Of a DNA stretch of 64,000 bases, positions 1-7,789 are shown in pieces. The DNA comes from Gammaproteobacteria bacterium (lineage in GTDB: Bacteria; Pseudomonadota; Gammaproteobacteria; Eutrophobiales; Eutrophobiaceae), in assembly GCA_965215365.1 (NCBI GenBank), contig CBDCDS010000003.1, positions 800,001-864,000 of the forward strand. Direction: 5' to 3'. The stretch's first letter is position 1; each line of letters begins with the position of its first letter. A model generated the notes under the pieces. That model did not search any database. It saw only the letters and a list, made by a program, of their open reading frames with translations, and was not told the DNA's origin. The position numbers and the translations under genes are program-made.

Positions 1-206
1 ACCCGGTTTACGGCACGCTGGAAGAGGGCGGCCACGACCCGCGCCAGCCGGGCTTGCCGGTTAAGGTCATCAAGGGCGGCTCCTACCTGTGCGCGGAGAA
101 TTACTGCCGGCGTTACCGTCCTGCGGCCAGACATGCACAGGAAGCCACCTTAGGGGCTGCGCACATCGGCTTTCGAACTGTTAAAAACGCAGACAATTCC
201 CGATAA
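1..206 (+). CDS. C-terminal fragment of formylglycine-generating enzyme (FGE/SUMF1) family protein, partial at window edge
   Basis: Frame from nt 3 reads ...VKVIKGGSYLCAENYCRRYRPAARHAQEATLGAAHIGFRTVK..., matching the FGE-sulfatase C-terminal KGGS-x-LC-x3-C-x-RYR and HIGFR motifs; TAA at 204-206. Confidence 0.88.
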   Translation, partial: PVYGTLEEGGHDPRQPGLPVKVIKGGSYLCAENYCRRYRPAARHAQEATLGAAHIGFRTVKNADNSR

Positions 207-213
207 TCGCGGG

Positions 214-1524
214 TTAACCCGGCTCCAACTGTGGCGCGCGTAGCAGGTAAATGGCGACACAGGCCAGCAGCAGGGGCACTGCGAACACGATAAAATTGAC
301 GCTGGTGGAATAGCCCATATTGATCAATACGCCGCCCAGGTAGGGACCCATAATGGCGCCGGTGCGGCCGGCGCCGATGCTCCAGCCGACGCCGGTGGTG
401 CGGATTGCCGTGGGATACAGGCGCGCCGCCGAGATATAAAAACCCACAAACCCGCCCAATACACAAAAACCGAGCACGAACGCCAACGCCAGCAACAGGC
501 CCACCTGTGCCGGCGCAAACCCGAATGCCACCATGGAAATAATACCGCCGATAAAAAAGACGATGATCAACGGCCGCACTCCCAGTCGGTCGGACAAATA
601 CCCCAGGATGGCGCCGCCTAAGAAAGCTCCGAAATTCAACGCGGTACCGATGTAAATACCCTTGTCCACCGCCAGACCCGCATCAACGGTAATCTTGGGC
701 ACCCAACTGAACAGGAAATACAGAGTCAGGAACGCCATAAAAAAACCGCACCATAACAGCAGGGTCCAGTTTCTGTACTCGGGGGTCAACAGGCGCTTGA
801 CGGACGGTTTTGCGGCGGCGGCCAGGGTCTCCGGCAGCTCCCGCAACAGCGGCCAGCCCATACGGACCAGTATCCGGTTCATCTTATCCAGCGCCCCCGC
901 CGGGCGCCTGGAAGAAAGGAACTCCAGGGATTCCGGCAGGAACAACCAGGTGAGGATAACTCCGGCCAGCGACAGCAGGCCGCCACAATAAAATACCGCC
1001 GACCACCCATGAGACTGGATTAACCAGACCGCAACAAAGCCGCCGACCGTGGCGCCTAACGGGTAGCCCACCTGCATAAAGCCCACCGCTAAGTTGCGCT
1101 TCCTGGCCGGGGTGTATTCCGCCACCAGGCTGGTGAGGCTGGCCAGAATGCTGCCGATGCCAAGGCCGGTGATCATCCTCATAATAATCATCTGGGTGGC
1201 ATTGGTCGTCAGGCCGGTCAACGCCATGCTGAAGGCAATGGTAGTCAGCGACAACAGAATCATCGCCCGCCGCCCGATCACGTCCGTATAAGGGGCGATA
1301 AACGCTGCGCCCAAAGTCATGCCCACCAGTCCGGCGCTGAAAATGATGCCCAGCATGTACGGCGTCAGTTGCCATTCCTGAGAGATAGTGGGCGCGGTGA
1401 AAGCAATGGCCAGTACGTCAAAGCCGTCCAGCATGTTCAGGGCGAAGCATATCAGCACCACCCGCAGTTGCAGGCCACTGACGGGGCGCTCATCAATAAG
1501 CTGACCGATGGTTGTTGCAGACAT
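214..1524 (-). CDS. MFS transporter, aromatic acid:H+ symporter (PcaK/BenK-like)
   Basis: 436 aa, about 12 hydrophobic segments, LDGFD motif in TM1, D-x-IGRR loop motif, YPTAIRTTGVGW. Confidence 0.88.
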   Translation of the reverse strand: MSATTIGQLIDERPVSGLQLRVVLICFALNMLDGFDVLAIAFTAPTISQEWQLTPYMLGIIFSAGLVGMTLGAAFIAPYTDVIGRRAMILLSLTTIAFSMALTGLTTNATQMIIMRMITGLGIGSILASLTSLVAEYTPARKRNLAVGFMQVGYPLGATVGGFVAVWLIQSHGWSAVFYCGGLLSLAGVILTWLFLPESLEFLSSRRPAGALDKMNRILVRMGWPLLRELPETLAAAAKPSVKRLLTPEYRNWTLLLWCGFFMAFLTLYFLFSWVPKITVDAGLAVDKGIYIGTALNFGAFLGGAILGYLSDRLGVRPLIIVFFIGGIISMVAFGFAPAQVGLLLALAFVLGFCVLGGFVGFYISAARLYPTAIRTTGVGWSIGAGRTGAIMGPYLGGVLINMGYSTSVNFIVFAVPLLLACVAIYLLRAPQLEPG

Positions 1525-1529
1525 GGTAT

Positions 1530-1562
1530 TATGGTAACTCTAATTTTTAGAGGCACCCTTAT
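1530..1562. repeat. Short palindromic REP/MITE-end-like repeat (family A)
   Basis: tatggtaactctaatttttagaggcaccctta; similar copies at 12753-12782 and, inverted, at 29605-29636. Confidence 0.6.
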
Positions 1563-1574
1563 TACTTTATTTCT

Positions 1575-1601
1575 TCATTCCTGTGCAAGCAGGAATCCAG
1601 T
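1575..1601. repeat. dRS3/RPE-like palindromic repeat
   Basis: tcattcctgtgcaagcaggaatccagt; inverted relative at 7746-7773. Confidence 0.6.
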
Positions 1602-1636
1602 GGAAAAACGTCCCGAAGGGACTCCGTACAGGTAGA

Positions 1637-2173
1637 ATGTTGCGTATGATCAGAACGTTCGAGGGTATCACACCTGTTATAGCTGCATCCACTTATATTG
1701 ACGAGCTGGCCGTGGTGATCGGCAACGTCAGTATCGGCGAGGATTCCTCGGTCTGGCCGGCGGCCGTCATTCGCGGGGATGTCAACACCATCACCATCGG
1801 CAGCCGCACCAGCATTCAGGACGGCTCGGTGCTGCACGTCAATCATGACGATGCAGACAACCCCGGCGGCGACCCGCTGCATGTCGGCAGCAACGTTACC
1901 GTAGGCCATAAGGTTATGCTGCACGGCTGCACCATCCACGATCGCTGTCTGATCGGCATGTCTTCGACCATTCTGGACAAGGCCGTAATTGAATCCAATA
2001 CCATGCTCGGCGCCGGCAGTCTGGTGGCGCCGGGCAAGGTGCTGGCAAGCGGTTATCTCTATGTCGGCACGCCGGCGCGCCAGATACGCAAATTAACCGA
2101 CGCAGAACTGGCTTACCTGGACCTCTCTGCGGAACATTATGTCAGGATAAAAGCCAGACACATGGAAACCTGA
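1637..2173 (+). CDS. Gamma carbonic anhydrase family protein (YrdA-like)
   Basis: Hexapeptide repeats, IRGDVN-x-I-x-IG-x-RTSIQDGSVLH and VGH-x-VMLHGC motifs; start probably 1637 or 1646 rather than 1583. Confidence 0.9.
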   Translation: MLRMIRTFEGITPVIAASTYIDELAVVIGNVSIGEDSSVWPAAVIRGDVNTITIGSRTSIQDGSVLHVNHDDADNPGGDPLHVGSNVTVGHKVMLHGCTIHDRCLIGMSSTILDKAVIESNTMLGAGSLVAPGKVLASGYLYVGTPARQIRKLTDAELAYLDLSAEHYVRIKARHMET

Positions 2174-2213
2174 CCTACACTGACGCCCCACTGAGACACT
2201 CTTTGATATTGCC

Positions 2214-3581
2214 ATGAACCTTGCCGAACGTAAACTTATTGACTTGCAGTCTTATATCGCCTTGCTGGAACAGCACAACCACTTGGTACGTGTAAAAAGT
2301 GAGGTGGACCCCGTGTTCGAACTGGCCGGTATCGCCAAACAATTTGAGGGCGGCAAGGCGCTGCTGTTCGAAAATGTCAAGGGCAGTGACTTCCCGGCGC
2401 TGACCGGGTTGTACTGGAACCGTAATTTCATGGCGAAGTTTTTTCAGACTACCAGCGTCAGGCTGCCCTTCGTGCTGGCTGATGATATCCGGGCCTGGCG
2501 CAAGCACCCCATTGAACCCGTGATAGTACAACAAGGGCCGGCCAATGAGGTGGTTGAGACCGATCCTGACTTGCATACCCTGCCAATTCCCCACCACGCC
2601 GAAGGCGACGGCGGGCGCTACCTGACTTCTAGCGTGGTCATCGCCAAGGACCCGGACACGGGAGTGCGCAACCTGTCCATTCACCGCATGATGGTCACCG
2701 GCAAAAACCGCTGCACCCTGTTACTGGAAGAACTGGGCCACCTGATGGACTACTTCAAACGGGCCGAAGCCAGGGGGCAAGCGCTGGAGCTCACCGTCAA
2801 CAACGGCGCCGATTATGCCCTGACCATGGCCGCAGCATCACCCGCCTCCGCTGCGCCCATGGACTTGGATGAGATCGGCATCGCCTGTCAGATGCACGGC
2901 GCGCCGGTGCGCTTGATTGAAGCCCAAACCGTGGCCGTAGAGGCCTGGGCCGACGCGCAGTTCGTCATAGAAGGGAGAATACTCCCCAATGTAAGAGAGC
3001 CGGAAGGCCCCTACGCCGAGGTCACCGGCTACTACGCCGCCATGGCTCCACGCTGGGTGTTTGAGGTGACCGCCATCACCCGGCGGCGGGAACCGATCTT
3101 CCATTCCATCCTGTCCGGCAAGGAGGTGTATAACGCCTATGGCCTCAGCGCCGGCGCCGGCGCGTTCGACAAGATCCATAGTCTGGTGCCGGAGGTGACC
3201 GCGGTGCACTTCTCCGACGGCAGTGTGCCCTACCATCTGGTCGTGCAGATAGACAAGAAACACGAAGGCAGCCAGCGCAACGCCATCATGGCCGCGTTTG
3301 TCTCCCTGGCGTTCGTAAAAACTGTCACCGTGGTGGACACGGATGTGGATATCTACAGCCTCGCCGATGTGGACTGGGCCGTGCAGACTCGCTGCCGCTT
3401 CGATAAGGACCTGCTGCCGATACCCGACGGCATCGGCCATCGCCTCAACCCCATGGTGGAAGACGACAAATGGACGCGCCTGGGCATTGACGCCACTGTG
3501 CCGTTGCCGCGGCAGGACAAGTACCACCGAGCCACCATGTGCGCGGTGAACCTGGACGATTTTGATATGGAAGGGGCGTGA
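2214..3581 (+). CDS. UbiD family (prFMN-dependent) decarboxylase
   Basis: 455 aa; EGPYAEVTGYY, RNLSIHRM, VVDTDVDI and LGIDAT motifs. Confidence 0.9.
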   Translation: MNLAERKLIDLQSYIALLEQHNHLVRVKSEVDPVFELAGIAKQFEGGKALLFENVKGSDFPALTGLYWNRNFMAKFFQTTSVRLPFVLADDIRAWRKHPIEPVIVQQGPANEVVETDPDLHTLPIPHHAEGDGGRYLTSSVVIAKDPDTGVRNLSIHRMMVTGKNRCTLLLEELGHLMDYFKRAEARGQALELTVNNGADYALTMAAASPASAAPMDLDEIGIACQMHGAPVRLIEAQTVAVEAWADAQFVIEGRILPNVREPEGPYAEVTGYYAAMAPRWVFEVTAITRRREPIFHSILSGKEVYNAYGLSAGAGAFDKIHSLVPEVTAVHFSDGSVPYHLVVQIDKKHEGSQRNAIMAAFVSLAFVKTVTVVDTDVDIYSLADVDWAVQTRCRFDKDLLPIPDGIGHRLNPMVEDDKWTRLGIDATVPLPRQDKYHRATMCAVNLDDFDMEGA

Positions 3582-3707
3582 GATTTGAACTGCGATACGG
3601 TTGCAATACGTCGCGTAGGCCGCCATGTCATCTAGCTCCGGGAAGCTTCGCGAATTCATGCGAGTTGAGGAGCTCGAACTCGATAATTGGGTCAGTGAAT
3701 AAAAGAA

Positions 3708-4976
3708 ATGATTGCTAGGGGTGTTTTCGTTGTTGTTCTTTTGGTTGTCAATGGCGCTCAGGGTCATCCCGGGCGAACCGATGCGGACGGTTGTCACGCC
3801 GGCGCTGAGTCCTATCACTGTCATGATGAAATTATTGAATCCGGTGGTGGAAATATGAATATGTTTGCCGATGCTTTGGTCGATCCTGTTACACTGGTTG
3901 TTGCTTTTTTCATTGTAGTTTTGTTCGTTATCGGGTTGTTTTGGCAGCCGTTGCGAGAATCTGCGCCTGGGTTGCTGACCTCGTTGGGTATATTTGGCAC
4001 CTTCTTGGGAACGTTTATAGCCCTGTCTGGCTTTGATCCGTCCAGTGATATGAGCGATAGCGTCAATAATTTGCTTGGTGGGATGAAAATTGCTTTCGCT
4101 ACCAGTTTGCTCGGGATATTGGCCTCGATTGTTTTTAAGGTAATTGCTTCATTTCGGTTCAAGGAAGATGAACTGACTGAGAGTGAAGCGGTGTATCCGA
4201 TGGAAACGGTGCGTTTGCTCAACGAGATTAAGGAACATCTGGCGGTGACAAATTCAGGGCAACTGGAGTCGATTCGCAAGGCGTTGGTGGGGGATGAAAC
4301 CGAATACACCTTGTTGGGTCAGCATGCGCATGAACTTAAATGGCTTGAAAGCATAGAAGGGATGATGGCAAATACGCGGGATCTAATCGGTCAGGAAGGT
4401 GATCGGGGGGTACATAATCTGATTTTTGAATTGGCTGAGATGCGGTGGGCTTTAATTGGCGTTGAGCGAAGCAGTAAAAATTCGGATGAAGATGCTGGCT
4501 ACAATATTTATGACGTGTTGGAAAAGTTGGTTAAGAGTCAAAGTGAGTTGCTGGAAAAAACCGATACCCGGTTAGATAATCAAAGTAAGTTTATTGATAA
4601 TCAGGGTAAGTTGGTTGAGTCATTGACTGAACTCAGGCGGTGGCTTATTGAAAGCCAGCATCAATACACCGATGCGTTAGATAAAATTGCTTTGCAGTCT
4701 AATCAAGAGGATTCTGTTGACACCCGAGTTAAGTCCGTCGATCTTTTGAATGAAATCAGGCGGGTTAATTTGTTGTTGTCTAAATTTGACGCTAAAAAAA
4801 TTAATTCTTTAGTTGAGTCGGTTGATAAACTTATCCATCTTCAAAGTTCAGCTCATCAGCCGAAGAAAGGTGGTGCGACGTTAGAGGATATGCGGAATAT
4901 TATCAAAGAGCAATTGGCGCAAGTGGGTCAAACAACAGGTAATAAACAGAACGGCGGGAATGAAAAAAAAGACTGA
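3708..4976 (+). CDS. zorA: Zorya ZorA-like membrane protein (MotA/TolQ/ExbB channel with long helical tail) with N-terminal signal peptide and YHYH-like motif
   Basis: APGLLTSLGIFGTFLG...GMKIAFATSLLG TM core typical of ZorA, followed by about 270 aa of helical/coiled-coil tail; directly upstream of a ZorB-like gene; AT-richer than flanks. An alternative start lies near 3854 (MNMF). Confidence 0.78.
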   Translation: MIARGVFVVVLLVVNGAQGHPGRTDADGCHAGAESYHCHDEIIESGGGNMNMFADALVDPVTLVVAFFIVVLFVIGLFWQPLRESAPGLLTSLGIFGTFLGTFIALSGFDPSSDMSDSVNNLLGGMKIAFATSLLGILASIVFKVIASFRFKEDELTESEAVYPMETVRLLNEIKEHLAVTNSGQLESIRKALVGDETEYTLLGQHAHELKWLESIEGMMANTRDLIGQEGDRGVHNLIFELAEMRWALIGVERSSKNSDEDAGYNIYDVLEKLVKSQSELLEKTDTRLDNQSKFIDNQGKLVESLTELRRWLIESQHQYTDALDKIALQSNQEDSVDTRVKSVDLLNEIRRVNLLLSKFDAKKINSLVESVDKLIHLQSSAHQPKKGGATLEDMRNIIKEQLAQVGQTTGNKQNGGNEKKD

Positions 4977-5622
4977 TGAGCAATGGGCGCCGGTGTCGGA
5001 TTTAATGGCCGTCCTAATGTTAATTTTCATGTTTATATCGTTGTTGACAGTGCGGCATGTGATCGATGAGCGAGAAATCAATGAGTTGGAATGTAATAAG
5101 ATTTATGATTCTTTGGTGGCTGAATTCGATCAGGATTTTGAAAAATGGGATATTGCTTTGTTAGACGACCTGACGATTCGTTTTAATAACCCGGAATTGC
5201 TGTTCAAATCGAATGAAAGTCGTATCAGCCCCCGTTTTGCAATCATTCTACAGGACTTTTTCCCGCGTTATCTGGCGGTTATCCTGCAAGATAAATACCG
5301 CTCTGATATTCGTAAAATACGGATAGAGGGTCATACGTCGTCGGAATGGAAGGACGCAGTGAATGAAAAAGATGCTTATTTTTTGAATATGCAACTTTCA
5401 CAAGCTCGTACCTGGAATATCCTGCGCTACATTATGACATTGCCGACCAGTGTGTATTATTTTGATTGGGCTAAAAAATATGTCAGTGCAGACGGGATGT
5501 CATCGAGTGATCCGATTTTAACCAGTGATGGGATTGAAAATAAAGAACGTTCGCGGCGGGTTGATTTTCGTCTTATTACCACATCGTGCCGGAGGGCCGG
5601 AGTCTATGAGCAATCTATCTGA
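4960..5622 (+). CDS. zorB: Zorya ZorB-like OmpA/MotB family protein
   Basis: W-x-PVSDLMAVLMLIF TM with conserved Asp; FFPRYL, IRIEGHTSSEW, YFLNMQLSQAR and SRRVDF motifs as in type II ZorB; overlaps zorA by 17 nt. Confidence 0.85.
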   Translation: MKKKTDEQWAPVSDLMAVLMLIFMFISLLTVRHVIDEREINELECNKIYDSLVAEFDQDFEKWDIALLDDLTIRFNNPELLFKSNESRISPRFAIILQDFFPRYLAVILQDKYRSDIRKIRIEGHTSSEWKDAVNEKDAYFLNMQLSQARTWNILRYIMTLPTSVYYFDWAKKYVSADGMSSSDPILTSDGIENKERSRRVDFRLITTSCRRAGVYEQSI

Positions 5623-6226
5623 TAATTCTAATGAAGGGCTGTCTGTTATGCTGCCTTATCAGCTTATTATTGTGCCGGTCTTGCTTGTTGCTATCCTGCC
5701 AATGCCCTACGGTTATTACACGCTAGTCAGATTGATATGTTGCGCCCTGTTTGTCGATTTAACGGTTCGGCTTTTGGTTAATACTGATAATTCTAAATTG
5801 GGTGGTTGGAGTTTTCTTTGGTTTTTGACGGCGTTTTGTGCAATTTTATACAATCCCTTTATTCCGGTTCATTTGACCAAAGAAATCTGGACGGTGACCA
5901 ACCTTGTCTCTTTGGGTATTGGTGGGGGTGCGGTTTATCTGTTAAGTCGGTTGTCCAAGCCAAAGAAAAAAACCGGAAAAGGAAAAGAACAGTATGCCAC
6001 CGATAAGTTGAAAAAAGCCGATGGTAATTCAATGGCAAAGCAGAAATCAGAGTTAGTGAAAAAGGGGGCGGTTAAGGCACAGCCGGATGTTGAAAACGGC
6101 GAGAAACAGAGCAAAATTAAACAGTGGGCGGCGAGGGCTAATCCGGGGGCTAGATCGGATTACGGGCAATATAGAAAGGACGGGCCGAGGGCTAAGACCA
6201 AGCAGGCTAAGCAACGCCCTTTTTAG
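5606..6226 (+). CDS. DUF6804-like small membrane protein with Lys-rich C-terminal tail
   Basis: AILPMPYGYYTLVR and AILYNPFIPVHL-x-K-x-IW motifs; about 4 TM segments; start overlaps zorB 3' end. Confidence 0.7.
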   Translation: MSNLSDNSNEGLSVMLPYQLIIVPVLLVAILPMPYGYYTLVRLICCALFVDLTVRLLVNTDNSKLGGWSFLWFLTAFCAILYNPFIPVHLTKEIWTVTNLVSLGIGGGAVYLLSRLSKPKKKTGKGKEQYATDKLKKADGNSMAKQKSELVKKGAVKAQPDVENGEKQSKIKQWAARANPGARSDYGQYRKDGPRAKTKQAKQRPF

Positions 6227-6249
6227 CCAAAGACGCATGGCATTAGCTT

Positions 6250-6780
6250 TTGTTGAGAGAATCAGATTTGGACAAAAGTACTGATAATGAAACTTCGACC
6301 GATCGTCCCATTGTATATATGGAGACGACAGTGGTGAGCTACCTGACCGCCAGGCCGAGTCGCGATGTGGTCATAGCAGGACATCAGCAATCAACCCGGG
6401 AATGGTGGGAAGACAGACAAAGCGATTTCAGGGTTGTTGCATCACCACTTGTATTGCAAGAGGCAAGTAGAGGAGACAATCAGGCAGCGCAATCCAGGCT
6501 GGATATTTTAAGGATTGTGGAGTTATTGGAGATCAATGATGACGCAACGACCTTGGCGCGTGAGTTGATAGAAAGCGGAATAATTCCTGAAACTTCGCTT
6601 GATGACGCTTTACATGTCGCTATCGCTGCCGTTAATGGATGTAACTATCTGGCTACTTGGAACTACCGTCATCTGGTCAGCGCTGGGGTGCGGGCGCGAA
6701 TCGAGACATTTTGTCGAGACAAAGGCTATGAAGCGGTGATAATCTGCACACCAGAGGACCTTTTGGAGGAAGCAACATGA
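6250..6780 (+). CDS. PIN-domain (VapC-like) toxin/nuclease
   Basis: VYMETTVVSYL...DALHVAIA...YLATWNYRHL...ICTPEDL, the PIN acidic motif pattern. Confidence 0.85.
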   Translation: MLRESDLDKSTDNETSTDRPIVYMETTVVSYLTARPSRDVVIAGHQQSTREWWEDRQSDFRVVASPLVLQEASRGDNQAAQSRLDILRIVELLEINDDATTLARELIESGIIPETSLDDALHVAIAAVNGCNYLATWNYRHLVSAGVRARIETFCRDKGYEAVIICTPEDLLEEAT

Positions 6781-6944
6781 AGAACGACCCTATTGTGGAA
6801 GAAGTACGTAGAATCAGAGATGAACATGCGGCAAGATTCAAATACGATTTGGACTTGATAGTGAAAGACCTCAAAGAGCAGGAACGGGCAAGCGGCCGGA
6901 CGTATATCAGGCTGCCACCGCGTCGTATTAAACCGAAATCATGA
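6777..6944 (+). CDS. Small (55 aa) partner of the PIN protein, putative antitoxin
   Basis: Not in the ORF track; MKNDPIVEEVRRIRDEHAARFKYDLDLIVKDLKEQE..., ATGA overlap with the PIN stop and GGAGGA RBS. Confidence 0.75.
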   Translation: MKNDPIVEEVRRIRDEHAARFKYDLDLIVKDLKEQERASGRTYIRLPPRRIKPKS

Positions 6945-6995
6945 AGGAATAGGGCGTTTGTCAGATCGGGCGCCTTGAAAATCAATCATCGAAGT

Positions 6996-7709
6996 TTAGT
7001 CTGCGGATTTATCCTGCTCAATCTTTTTCTTCAACTCCTCCATTTCCTCGTCCACCTTGTGCAGGTGGTCGAGCAGGGCGTCGAGGGTGTTTTGTACCGG
7101 GTCGGGCATGTCTTTGCTGCCGCCGTAGGCGTCGAAGCCGATTTTTCTGGCCATGGCGGCGCGCTGGGCTTTTTTCAATTCCTCCTCGGCGCCGGACTCC
7201 CGAGCCATGATGCGGCCGGGGATGCCGACTACGGTGGCGTGGTCGGGGACATCCTTGATAACCACTGCGTTAGAGCCAATCCTGGCGTTGGCACCTAGGG
7301 TGATGGGGCCTAAGACCTTGGCGCCGGCGCCGATGATGACGCCGTTTTTCAGGGTCGGGTGGCGTTTGCCTTTCTGCCAGGTGGTGCCGCCTAAGGTGAC
7401 ACCGTGGTAGATGGAGCAGTCATCGCCGATCTCCGAAGTCTCACCGATGACGATGCCCATGCCGTGGTCGATAAACAGGCGGCGGCCGATGCCGGCGCCG
7501 GGGTGAATCTCCACACCGGTGAGAAAGCGCGACAGGTGCGAGCTGAGGCGCGCAAGCAGATAGAGTTTCTTGTTCCACAGCCAGTGGTTCACGCGATGCA
7601 GCAGGATCGCATGCAGGCCGGGGCAGGTGAGCAGGGTTTCCAGCGCGCTGCGGGCGGCGGGGTCGCGCTCGAACACTACTTGTATGTCTTCTTTGAGGGT
7701 GTTGAACAT
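6996..7709 (-). CDS. cysE: Serine O-acetyltransferase
   Basis: [15 protein letters not shown][13 protein letters not shown], KRHPTL and VVGIPGR motifs. Confidence 0.96.
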   Translation of the reverse strand: MFNTLKEDIQVVFERDPAARSALETLLTCPGLHAILLHRVNHWLWNKKLYLLARLSSHLSRFLTGVEIHPGAGIGRRLFIDHGMGIVIGETSEIGDDCSIYHGVTLGGTTWQKGKRHPTLKNGVIIGAGAKVLGPITLGANARIGSNAVVIKDVPDHATVVGIPGRIMARESGAEEELKKAQRAAMARKIGFDAYGGSKDMPDPVQNTLDALLDHLHKVDEEMEELKKKIEQDKSAD

Positions 7710-7745
7710 GGTGTTGCGGTCTTGTCCCTTCGGGACCTGTATTTC

Positions 7746-7773
7746 ACTGGATTCCCGCGTGCGCAGGAATGAC
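7746..7773. repeat. dRS3/RPE-like palindromic repeat between valS and cysE
   Basis: actggattcccgcgtgcgcaggaatgac, a hairpin-forming inverted relative of 1575-1601. Confidence 0.6.
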
Positions 7774-7789
7774 GGGGTTGCGCCTGGAC

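Noticed and set aside
1-206. FGE/CLec-fold C-terminus as a DGR variable region
   Set aside because: It retains the ordinary Cys-containing FGE motif and normal codon usage; no template repeat or RT is present in the window.
3582-6990. Integron cassette array explaining the AT-richer island
   Set aside because: The genes overlap or abut, and no attC-like sites or integrase were found by eye.
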